Source: Candidatus Coproplasma stercorigallinarum
Lineage (GTDB): Bacteria > Bacillota > Clostridia > Christensenellales > Borkfalkiaceae
Assembly (NCBI GenBank): GCA_018712655.1
Contig: DVGQ01000019.1
Location: forward strand, 856-64,855
Direction of reading: 5' to 3'
Length of the DNA: 64,000 bases
The first letter of the stretch is position 1; each line of letters begins with the position of its first letter. Below the pieces are notes generated by a model that was not told the DNA's origin, searched no databases, and saw only the letters and a program-made list of their open reading frames with translations. Shown piece after piece: positions 46,238-54,124 of this stretch. The translations under genes and the position numbers were made by a program.

Positions 46238-46307
46238 AGTATATTTTATAAATCGCAAAAGTGTCAATATCTACCGCACGAACGATATTCTGTACCGCAC
46301 GAATCAA
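46238..46307 (-). promoter_or_regulatory. GH3-4 operon promoter with LytTR-type direct repeats
   Basis: Minus strand: TTGATTCGT (46307-46299) -12 nt- ATCGTTCGT (46286-46278) -10 nt- TTGACA (46267-46262) -18 nt- TATACT (46243-46238). An exact 11-mer TTCGTGCGGTA is repeated with a 21-nt period (plus-strand TACCGCACGAA at 46272-46282 and 46293-46303). Confidence 0.6.
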
Positions 46308-47677
46308 TCTTCCGAACAGAGGTCCGAGTGAGCATTTTTACCCGTCTTCACTGGCAGAAGAACGCTTATGCGGAAGATGTTTCCGCAGGCGTCCGCCTTG
46401 ACGTTTCCGCCGTATTTTTCGGCTATGTGGCGCACGCTTTTAAGGCCGTAGCCGTGCATTCCGCGGTCCTGCTTCTTTGTTGCGGGCAGCCCGTCTTCGT
46501 TGAAACTGAGCGTGCCGTCGAAGTAGTTTTCAACCATTATGGATATCCAGCCGCGCACCTCGTGTATGTTCACGCCTATGCAGCGCATACACTCGTCGTC
46601 AACGGCGCTCACCGCCTCTACCGCGTTGTCTATTATGTTGCCGAACAGGGCGTAAAGGTCGCCGTTTGCCATAAAGCCGATATTGCGGCAGTCGGCTATG
46701 CAGGTAATTCTTATGTTCTTGCTGCGGCAGAGAATGCTCTTGTCTGTGAGAATGAGGTCTATTACGTCGTTGCCCGTCTTTACCGAAGCATCGTACAGCG
46801 AAACGATTTCATTCATCTCGGCATAAGTCTTTTCGTCGAGCGCGTCGGCGCCGCGGCGGGCGTTAAGAAGGTGCTTGATGTCGTGGCACTTCATATTTAT
46901 CAGGTCAATCTCTTCCTTCCTCATCGCGTACTGCCTGTTGGCTTTGGAAAGAAGTTCGGTGACCACTTCCAGCTCGCCCACCACCGTTTTTTCAAACAGG
47001 ATGTTGTGCTGGATATAGAACACGAGTATGCAGCACAGAGTGTTGTAAATGCTTGCAACGCTGTCGTACAATTTGTTGTAATCGTCCACTATATACACCA
47101 CAACGGCGTTGAGCACCACGTCTATGAGCAGAATGACGCCCGAAAGCACGAACATACCAGCGCTTTTAAGGCGCAGATTTTTGCCGTCGCCTATCTTACG
47201 GCCTATCGCAAAATACACAATCGCGTATACCGCGAGATAGATGTTGACGTATACCAGCGCCGCGACGAACGTAGTCGTATCTACAGACGAAAGGTCGAAT
47301 GGGTCGTCACCGTACATTCCCTGCGCAACGAAAATATCGAACTGCGTAAAAATCAGTTTGAAAATTTCATAGGCGAGGTGCTGGACGGTGTATGCGGCTA
47401 TCGCACTGAACAGCAGACCCTTTGCAGAAGTTTCGTACATAAGAACGAGCGCGCCGCAGAACACGGCGAACATTGCAAGGAATATGAGCGAAGCCTGCCA
47501 GCCCGTGCCTGCCGCGCCCGTCATCGACAGCCCGAAAACGGAGAGATAGCACAGCGCCATTGCCCCGGCAAAGCGGACGGGAAACAGATTTCTGCGCGCG
47601 AACTTGCGCGAAAAAAGCATTCCCGCCACTATCAGCTCGGTCATAAACAGATATTCATACAACTGGAAAGCCGTCAC
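46304..47677 (-). CDS. AgrC-like (HPK10-type) GHKL sensor histidine kinase 2
   Basis: Polytopic N-terminus, H-box LINMKCHDIKHLL, N-box LFGNIIDNAVEAV, G-box GMHGYGLKSVRHIAEKYGG. Paralog of 26197..27534. Confidence 0.85.
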   Translation of the reverse strand: MTAFQLYEYLFMTELIVAGMLFSRKFARRNLFPVRFAGAMALCYLSVFGLSMTGAAGTGWQASLIFLAMFAVFCGALVLMYETSAKGLLFSAIAAYTVQHLAYEIFKLIFTQFDIFVAQGMYGDDPFDLSSVDTTTFVAALVYVNIYLAVYAIVYFAIGRKIGDGKNLRLKSAGMFVLSGVILLIDVVLNAVVVYIVDDYNKLYDSVASIYNTLCCILVFYIQHNILFEKTVVGELEVVTELLSKANRQYAMRKEEIDLINMKCHDIKHLLNARRGADALDEKTYAEMNEIVSLYDASVKTGNDVIDLILTDKSILCRSKNIRITCIADCRNIGFMANGDLYALFGNIIDNAVEAVSAVDDECMRCIGVNIHEVRGWISIMVENYFDGTLSFNEDGLPATKKQDRGMHGYGLKSVRHIAEKYGGNVKADACGNIFRISVLLPVKTGKNAHSDLCSED

Positions 47678-48390
47678 AGAAGTTTACCCCCGCCGGCGAT
47701 ATAGCTGTTGAATTCCTGCAAAAATTCCTTTCGGCGCATCTTCGAGATGACCAGCCTTTCGTTCATTATGACGACTTCGGTCGCGTTGACTTCGGTTATA
47801 TACTTCATATTGACGAGGTAACAGCGGTTGCATTGCGCAAAAGGAAGGCCTTCGAGCATCTCCTTTATTCCGCCTAGCGTGCCGCTGCACACCGTTGAGC
47901 CCTCTTCCGTATGGAAAATTATGGAGTGCTTCATAACCTCGACGTACATCAGCTTTTCGGTGTTGACAGCCTTTTTGCCGCCGCGGGTAGATACCCATAT
48001 GTTCCTGCCCTCGCGCTGGCGCATACAGTTGACCGCGCGCAGCATCTTCATCGAAAATTCAGCGTAGGTCACGGGCTTGACCATAAAATCGAAAGCGTCC
48101 ACCTCGTAGCCCTTCACCGCATACTGCGCAAGGTTGGTGACGAATATTATCATCACCTCGGTGTCGCGCTCCCTTATGCGCCGCACGAGTTCCATACCGT
48201 TCATTTCAGGCATATCAATGTCCATCATTATAAGTTCGTAGTCGCAGGAATAAACGGAAAGAAAATTGACCGAACTTTCAAAATGCACCGTTCTGAATTC
48301 GATGCCGTGCTCTGCGCCGTACTTTGAAAAGAAAGACGACAGCCGCTCTGCGGCCTTCTTGTCATCCTCTACGATGGCTACGTTAATCAT
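47674..48390 (-). CDS. LytTR-family response regulator 2
   Basis: Receiver (INVAIVEDD, LIMMDIDMPEMNG) plus LytTR domain (LMYVEVMKHSIIFHT...FAQCNRCYLVNMKYI). ATGA overlap with the kinase. Confidence 0.9.
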   Translation of the reverse strand: MINVAIVEDDKKAAERLSSFFSKYGAEHGIEFRTVHFESSVNFLSVYSCDYELIMMDIDMPEMNGMELVRRIRERDTEVMIIFVTNLAQYAVKGYEVDAFDFMVKPVTYAEFSMKMLRAVNCMRQREGRNIWVSTRGGKKAVNTEKLMYVEVMKHSIIFHTEEGSTVCSGTLGGIKEMLEGLPFAQCNRCYLVNMKYITEVNATEVVIMNERLVISKMRRKEFLQEFNSYIAGGGKLL

Positions 48391-48495
48391 ATGTTTGCTC
48401 CCCCGTTTTGCTCCCCCCGAAGGGCGTTGTCGCGCGTTTGAAATTATGCTCCCGACAGAGCATTTTGCCGAAGCCTGAAAAATTACTTAGCGTAT

Positions 48496-48524
48496 ATTGT
48501 AACACACTACCCCCCACCCGTCAA
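48496..48524 (-). promoter_or_regulatory. Predicted promoter of RR2-HK2
   Basis: Minus strand TTGACG (48524-48519), 17 nt, TACAAT (48501-48496). Confidence 0.5.
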
Positions 48525-48638
48525 GTATCAGAATTACTTTTCAACATAATGCTCAAAACTGCAAATAAAACTATTCATTTATATAAGTCTTCAACATCTC
48601 ACATTGCCGCATAGTTTTATGGGTAGCAAATAAATACA

Positions 48639-48663
48639 GCGCCCGCAATTTATTTGCGGGCGC
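48639..48663 (-). terminator. Terminator after the phosphoesterase gene
   Basis: GCGCCCGCAA-tttat-TTGCGGGCGC. The minus transcript continues TGTATTTATTTGC. Confidence 0.7.
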
Positions 48664-48670
48664 CGCACGG

Positions 48671-49363
48671 TCAGAACTTATATTCCTTTACATAAAACGC
48701 GCGGCAGGTATCTATGCAGAAACAGCCGAGAGGCCCGCCAAGCCACGTCCCCGTATCGAGGTGTATTTTGTAATAATCGCAAATATCGTCGCCGCGGCGG
48801 CCGTCGCGCTTATAGGCAAGAATTCTGTCCTCCCCGCACACGTTGCGCGTGGGAGTATGGCCGAAACAAACGCATTTGCAGTCTTTCGGGACGACCTCGG
48901 GGCGCATAAAGTTCCTGTCTTCCAGCAGAACAGCTTCGCGCGCCGATTGGGGCGGCACTATGCGGCAATTATCGTCCAGCGGCAGTCCCGCGTGCACGCA
49001 GATGAACTCCTCTTCCTCTATGTAGAGCGGCAGGGCTTCGAGCTTGTCTACCGTTTCCCAGCGCAGAAGTTTTCCGTCGCCGCCGAACCATCTTTGCAAA
49101 TCGGCGAGCACTTTATCGAAGTCGGAAGGCGACGACTTCATTACCGCCCAATAGTAGGCGAGAAAGCCGTATTCGTGGTTGCCGAGAATGCACTTTACGT
49201 TGGGCGCGTTCAGCAGAAAATCAAGCAGCCGTACGCTTTCGTCGCCCTTGTCCACCATATCGCCGCACACATACAGGACGTCGCTTGCCGAAAATTTAAT
49301 TTTATCAAGCAGGCGCATACAAAGCCCGTATTCGCCGTGGATATCAGAAATAACGTACCTCAT
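48671..49363 (-). CDS. PPP-family metallophosphoesterase (PrpE/ApaH/lambda-phosphatase-like)
   Basis: Signature motifs DIHG (VISDIHGEYG), GDMVDKG and GNHE in canonical order and spacing. Start set to ATG 49363; the listed ORF begins at TTG 49426. Confidence 0.8.
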   Translation of the reverse strand: MRYVISDIHGEYGLCMRLLDKIKFSASDVLYVCGDMVDKGDESVRLLDFLLNAPNVKCILGNHEYGFLAYYWAVMKSSPSDFDKVLADLQRWFGGDGKLLRWETVDKLEALPLYIEEEEFICVHAGLPLDDNCRIVPPQSAREAVLLEDRNFMRPEVVPKDCKCVCFGHTPTRNVCGEDRILAYKRDGRRGDDICDYYKIHLDTGTWLGGPLGCFCIDTCRAFYVKEYKF

Positions 49364-49508
49364 AAACAGTTTTCCGCCATAAGCATATAGTAGCGCCCGC
49401 ACAAAAACGTTGTTTGCCGCGCGCAAGACAGATAAGACCTCCTTTGCGGGGGTCTTGCGGCAACAAAACAGACATTAAAGAAAATTTACAACGCGTAAAC
49501 GCGCAGGT

Positions 49509-51671
49509 TCAGACGCCGTTTTCAACAATTTTATAGCCCATTGAAGATATTTCGCTGTAAAGGCGGTCCAAATCCATATAGTCGTACTGATAAATGTTAT
49601 ACAGCTCCCTCAGCCTTGAATCAGTCGGCGGCACATTGTTTATATCCTCGCCCGGATACATAACGCCGAATTTATATTCTATAAGCTCTTTCAGGCCGTA
49701 ATAGGTAGTGAGGCAGGCGTGCTGTTTGAGCGCCGTGTTTTTATGTGGCGCCACGATTTTTACGTTGCCCTCTTTATCCATCTCCTCTTTGGCGACTATA
49801 TCCTTCTTTTTCATCTGCTTGTAGTCATACAGAATGTACAGGGCGTTCCAGCGCAGATGTTCGATGAACGCCAGCACGTTGGACGACTGCAAGCCGAAAA
49901 AGAAACCGATATCGGCATAATTGTTTTCCCTGCCCGTATTTACGTATCTCTTATCGAATTCCTCTTCCGAAATTCCCGTATCGCCGTCGCCTGCGCGCTT
50001 TACCATATCAAACCCGAGCAGGTTGAGCTTGAACGGAAGGTTGAGGGCGTGATACAAATTCGACGCCTGTTCAATCATAGGGCGGCTTTCCCAATTTTCG
50101 CGCATAAGCTCGCGGCAGTCATAATTTTGCAGGCTCTTATCCAACGCCTCGCCCTGCTGCCCGACGGGAAGTTTGCGTATATCAGCCAGCCACTGCGGCA
50201 TATTGCCGATGCTGTCGTACAGCATATTGAGGCGGCGGGCAAGTTCAGAAAGTTCGTCGTTTACTATATAGCCGTGGGTATATATTTTGCTTTCGTCGCC
50301 GAAATAAATTACCTTTCCTCCGCCGAAATTTTCGGCGCTGCTCTTGGCCCTGACGAATATGCGGTAGTTTCCGTCTTCCGGCAGCAGCCTTCTGATGGTC
50401 TGCGCGTAAGAGGCGTCTTCCAGGTCGGCATTCAGCGAGATTATAAAGTAAGTGAAGCTGTTGTCCGTGACCAGTTCTTTAAACTTCTTTTTTGCCTCAA
50501 CCGAATTTATGTCGGTCTGACCTACTTCGGCTATGTCGCAAATCCTTTCGGGACGGGGGAAATCGCAGTCTTTGAAATCCTCGTCGAACTCGTAAAGCAT
50601 ACGCGAGAAAAATTCATTGTGCAGCGCCTCGCCCCTGTGGTCATAGATATAGTAATGCACGGGCTTCGATTGAAGTCTGTCGCCGCACGGGGCGGCAAAC
50701 TGGAACTGCATAGAGCACATTCTGAAAAGCTGATAGTTCATCTTGCCGAAGCCTATGAATACGATGTTTATATCCTTGTCGGGTTTAAGCGTATAATTTT
50801 CGTTGTAAAAGCTGCGGGGTATGAATTTGGTTACGGGATATTGCGCCACGAACTGCCGCGCGATAAGCTCGTGCTTGCTGAAACAACTTATGAACGAGCC
50901 CACCTTGTCGTCCGTATCCGCGATGAGGCGCTCCTTTATTATTTTTACGCTGTCCTGATTGGCTTCCATATTCAACGTCACCCTCTTACCGCCCCGTTTG
51001 ACGGTTATAAATTCTTCGATTACGCCTGTATACGATATATTGCAACCGCTGAAAAGTATAAGATTATATTCCTTGCCGCACAGTTTTTTGCCGAAATCTT
51101 TAAGCGCGCCACGGGCGACGGTGTAGCCGCCCTTGATAAGCTCGGCATAGCGGGCGCGGGTAACCGCAGGCATAAGCAGCAGACAGTTTTTATTGTTTTT
51201 TGCAAACCTTAGCGAATCTGCGCAGTCGCCTATGACTATGTCGCACCCTCTGCGCAGGGCGCGCCTTAAAGAAATGTAATTGCGTATGCGCGGGCTGAAA
51301 AAGCTGGCAACGCTTAAAACGACAGCCGCTCCGCCCGCAACGTAAGCCATTACGAACGCCGCGTAAAATACGGGATATTCATTGCATATGGGGGTTACGA
51401 GCGAGCTGTCGGCTTTGAATTTGGTTATAACTTCGAGAACGGAGCCGAGCAGCGAAAAGCAACTGAAAAAATCAAGGCCGTTGCCGTTGTAAACCCACGC
51501 CGCCATATGCAGAAAGTAAATGAGCATAAGCGTCGGCGCGAGGTATATCAGATTCTTTTTTGAAATTATCAGTTCGCCCCTGTCTTTAACCGTGCGCACA
51601 GTGGTGAAAGCTATGGCGAAAATCATCGCCGCAGATATTATCAACAATAAAATTCCAGTAACTAAAAACAT
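49509..51671 (-). CDS. Membrane protein: about 4 TM + Rossmann-like modules + C-terminal RyR-like domain
   Basis: N-terminal helices (LVTGILLLIISAAMIFAIAF, YPVFYAAFVMAYVAGGAAVVLSVASFF). Glycine-loop-like INIVFIGFGKMN. C-terminal segment with RyR-domain hallmarks (MIEQASNLYHALNLPFKLNLLGF, AFIEHLRWNALY, KQHACLTTYYGL, ISSMGYKIV). Confidence 0.55.
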   Translation of the reverse strand: MFLVTGILLLIISAAMIFAIAFTTVRTVKDRGELIISKKNLIYLAPTLMLIYFLHMAAWVYNGNGLDFFSCFSLLGSVLEVITKFKADSSLVTPICNEYPVFYAAFVMAYVAGGAAVVLSVASFFSPRIRNYISLRRALRRGCDIVIGDCADSLRFAKNNKNCLLLMPAVTRARYAELIKGGYTVARGALKDFGKKLCGKEYNLILFSGCNISYTGVIEEFITVKRGGKRVTLNMEANQDSVKIIKERLIADTDDKVGSFISCFSKHELIARQFVAQYPVTKFIPRSFYNENYTLKPDKDINIVFIGFGKMNYQLFRMCSMQFQFAAPCGDRLQSKPVHYYIYDHRGEALHNEFFSRMLYEFDEDFKDCDFPRPERICDIAEVGQTDINSVEAKKKFKELVTDNSFTYFIISLNADLEDASYAQTIRRLLPEDGNYRIFVRAKSSAENFGGGKVIYFGDESKIYTHGYIVNDELSELARRLNMLYDSIGNMPQWLADIRKLPVGQQGEALDKSLQNYDCRELMRENWESRPMIEQASNLYHALNLPFKLNLLGFDMVKRAGDGDTGISEEEFDKRYVNTGRENNYADIGFFFGLQSSNVLAFIEHLRWNALYILYDYKQMKKKDIVAKEEMDKEGNVKIVAPHKNTALKQHACLTTYYGLKELIEYKFGVMYPGEDINNVPPTDSRLRELYNIYQYDYMDLDRLYSEISSMGYKIVENGV

Positions 51672-51714
51672 ACCGCCACCGCCATTTTTTCTTTCGCGTT
51701 CCGCCGCTATAAAA

Positions 51715-53496
51715 TCAAAGATTTATTTCCGGACTGTTGTCCTTTACGTACGAACACCAGATGCCGTTTTCCACAATCTCTTCGCGGGCAATTTCCTTCA
51801 CAAACTTAGCTATCTCTTCCGCGGGGCGCGCCTTGGCCTCGCTCCACCTGGCATATGCCGAAGCGTAGAACATACTCATCTTGCGGTTGTCTTCCGCCTT
51901 GCGGCCGAATGAAAGTTTGCCGAAATAGCCCGTAAACAGCAGCGACGCCGCCGTCACCGTTCCCATCACTATTATGCCTGAGCTGCGCCAGGAAATTCCG
52001 CCCGCAAGTTCCCCGTTCCAGAACCACTCTTTGCCGAAGGCGCCAAGTATGTGCCCCGCCGCCTCCATTAAAAAGATTACGATGTATACCGCAACGGTGA
52101 TTATCGTAAGGCAGTTTGAAATCTTTGCATATTTTTCGGCTTTGTTTCTGTTTTTGACAAGTTTGTCCGTGTGATATCTGAGCTGACCGTCGGGATTTTT
52201 GCTGTTGCCTATCCACACGTCTATTATCTTCGTCGTTTCCATTTCGGGAACTTCGGCCGCGCTTACGGCGGCAACGGCCTGCAAAGCCTTGTATATCCAC
52301 GCAGAATCCACCTTCTGAGTCCAGGAATACAGCCTGCACACGTTGGCGAGTATCTGCTTTTCGCGCAGGCACAGCGACATATAGAACTGTATTCTGAACG
52401 CCTCTGAAAACGCCCTGTATTCGATATATTTTGAATGGTATCCCTTTTTGTTGCCCCGCACTATTATCCAGATAAGCGCGGCCACGGCGAGTGCGCACGG
52501 AAATATCATAAACGTCAGCGACGCGTCGTCGTACAGCATAAACGAAAATGCCACAAAGGTACCTATAATGGCTATGAGCAGTATTAACCTGTTGTAATAT
52601 TTCTGATTCCCGCCGAAAGAAACGGCGTCTGCCTTGGAATAGTGATAGCCTATATTTTTACGGTAATCGTCCAGCTCTTCGGGTCTGTCCCACAGCCTGC
52701 CGCCGCCTACGGCTCCCGCACAATTCTCGCCGTTGTACCTCACTGTTTTTGCTATTATTTCGGCCATATATGCGGGCATATCGTCGCATACGAAGTAATT
52801 GCCGAACTCCTCCGCACCCTTCTCTCCGGCGAGCGCGCCCGCCAGCCAGCGCCTGCGGACGGGCTGTTTTTCTCCGCCGCTTCTGCGGGCGTGCAGCCAC
52901 AGTACGGCGCAGTCGTTGAGTATTCCGGGATTGAACAGATGGTCGCCGTCAAGGAATTTGTGGCCGAGCGCAAAATTTATCACTTCGACTGTGCCGCACC
53001 CGAACTGCTTTTCCGGCGGGCACCCGTCCCAAAGGGCGAGCAGCACGTGGCAATGCTCAGCTATGTAAATCCCCGCCTGACGGTATTCGTAGTCGTCGGC
53101 GCCCATCTTAAATTCGCTGCCGAGCCACGCGGCATTCTTTTCAAGGTCGGGGGCAACCATTACCCGCTCTGACTTTGCAAGGTACGAACGCAGCTTTTCC
53201 GCGTCTTCGGCGTCGGTAAAACTTTTTATGTATTTTTCCTCGCTGCACGGCAGCACGGCATACACGGCTATGCCCATACCGAAGGCAACCTCCGCGCACA
53301 GCATATCCGCTCCCTGAGCAAACGCATTGAGCATTATGACGGGAGTATCGCCCCCGTCGCCGCCGCCCGAACAGGCCGACCTGATTTCCGAAAGCGCGGC
53401 GGCAACTTCACGTTTAAGTTCGTCCTTGTCCCTGCCGTCGATATTCCTGTGGCCCGTAACGCCTATGACGACGGGAATTCTTTCGCAACTCACCAT
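51715..53496 (-). CDS. SLOG-domain protein fused to a 4-TM, SLATT-like membrane module
   Basis: N-terminal Rossmannoid with SLOG hallmarks: IPVVIGVTGHR (Gly-rich loop after strand 1), NAFAQGADMLCAE, AVLP, ALWDG...GCGTVEVINFA. C-terminal half has four TM helices. The last pair is preceded and followed by amphipathic helices (RYHTDKLVKNRNKAEKYAKISN ... KLSFGRKAEDNRKMSMFYASAYARW), as in SLATT modules. Confidence 0.6.
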   Translation of the reverse strand: MVSCERIPVVIGVTGHRNIDGRDKDELKREVAAALSEIRSACSGGGDGGDTPVIMLNAFAQGADMLCAEVAFGMGIAVYAVLPCSEEKYIKSFTDAEDAEKLRSYLAKSERVMVAPDLEKNAAWLGSEFKMGADDYEYRQAGIYIAEHCHVLLALWDGCPPEKQFGCGTVEVINFALGHKFLDGDHLFNPGILNDCAVLWLHARRSGGEKQPVRRRWLAGALAGEKGAEEFGNYFVCDDMPAYMAEIIAKTVRYNGENCAGAVGGGRLWDRPEELDDYRKNIGYHYSKADAVSFGGNQKYYNRLILLIAIIGTFVAFSFMLYDDASLTFMIFPCALAVAALIWIIVRGNKKGYHSKYIEYRAFSEAFRIQFYMSLCLREKQILANVCRLYSWTQKVDSAWIYKALQAVAAVSAAEVPEMETTKIIDVWIGNSKNPDGQLRYHTDKLVKNRNKAEKYAKISNCLTIITVAVYIVIFLMEAAGHILGAFGKEWFWNGELAGGISWRSSGIIVMGTVTAASLLFTGYFGKLSFGRKAEDNRKMSMFYASAYARWSEAKARPAEEIAKFVKEIAREEIVENGIWCSYVKDNSPEINL

Positions 53497-53590
53497 ACTG
53501 CCTTCACCGTAAAATTGATTTTCTGCGCCGCGCAGAACGCGTCAGCGCGCCCTGCGTTTTAAGAATATCCGGATAATTTTCCGTCCGATG

Positions 53591-54124
53591 CTAAATTTCC
53601 TGTTTTTTAATCTGCTCTGAAAAGTTGATATTGCGGTTGCCCCACGGAACAAGCACAAAATTTTTCAGCGGCTTCGAATAAATATCTATCGGATATATTT
53701 TGCAGGCGGAGTCTTCGTCGTTTATATATTGTTCGCAAACGTATCCGTTAGACTCGTAAAATTTTTTTGCAATTTCGTTTTCAAACCTGTCGGTATACAA
53801 TCTGCAAAATTTGAAGCCGCGCCTTTTTGCTTCCTCTTCAAAACGGCTTAGCGCCATACTTCCGAAGCCCTGCCGCCTGAATTCTTTCAGAATTCCGAAC
53901 CATCCGAGCCAGGCGCTTTCGGTATCGGCGGCATAATAATACAGCCCGCAGATTCCTATATTTTCTCCGCCGTGCCTGACTATCCAATAAACGTTGTCCG
54001 TAAGTTTTTCAACAGCCTCGCGGTAATTGACGTATGCGCTGTGCGATGGGAATAATTCGTTTTGTATTTTCAGTGCGACGTCAAAATTATCTCTGTTCAG
54101 ATTTACAAATTCAAGCGCGCTCAC
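53591..54124 (-). CDS. GNAT-family N-acetyltransferase
   Basis: Acetyl-CoA motif A: FGILKEFRRQGFGSMALSRFEEEAKRRG, with C-terminal FYESNGY. Start moved to GTG 54124, which gives a GTGA overlap with the TIR-gene stop and sits 7 nt after GGAG. The listed ORF starts at another GTG (54151). Confidence 0.8.
   Translation of the reverse strand: MSALEFVNLNRDNFDVALKIQNELFPSHSAYVNYREAVEKLTDNVYWIVRHGGENIGICGLYYYAADTESAWLGWFGILKEFRRQGFGSMALSRFEEEAKRRGFKFCRLYTDRFENEIAKKFYESNGYVCEQYINDEDSACKIYPIDIYSKPLKNFVLVPWGNRNINFSEQIKKQEI

Noticed and set aside
48481-48540. AATTACTT repeated near the RR2 promoter (48481-48489 and 48532-48540), and a GAATTAC element near the RR1 promoter, as possible autoregulatory sites.
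   Set aside because: The spacing is 51 nt. The orientation is inconsistent between the two promoters. The sequences are AT-rich and short, so this could be chance.
53521-53537. Short hairpin TTCTGCG-ccg-CGCAGAA between the GNAT and SLOG-SLATT genes, as an operon-breaking terminator.
   Set aside because: The stem is only 7 bp and the following U-tract is interrupted (AATCAATTTTA). I cannot decide whether transcription stops here, so operon continuity is left open.
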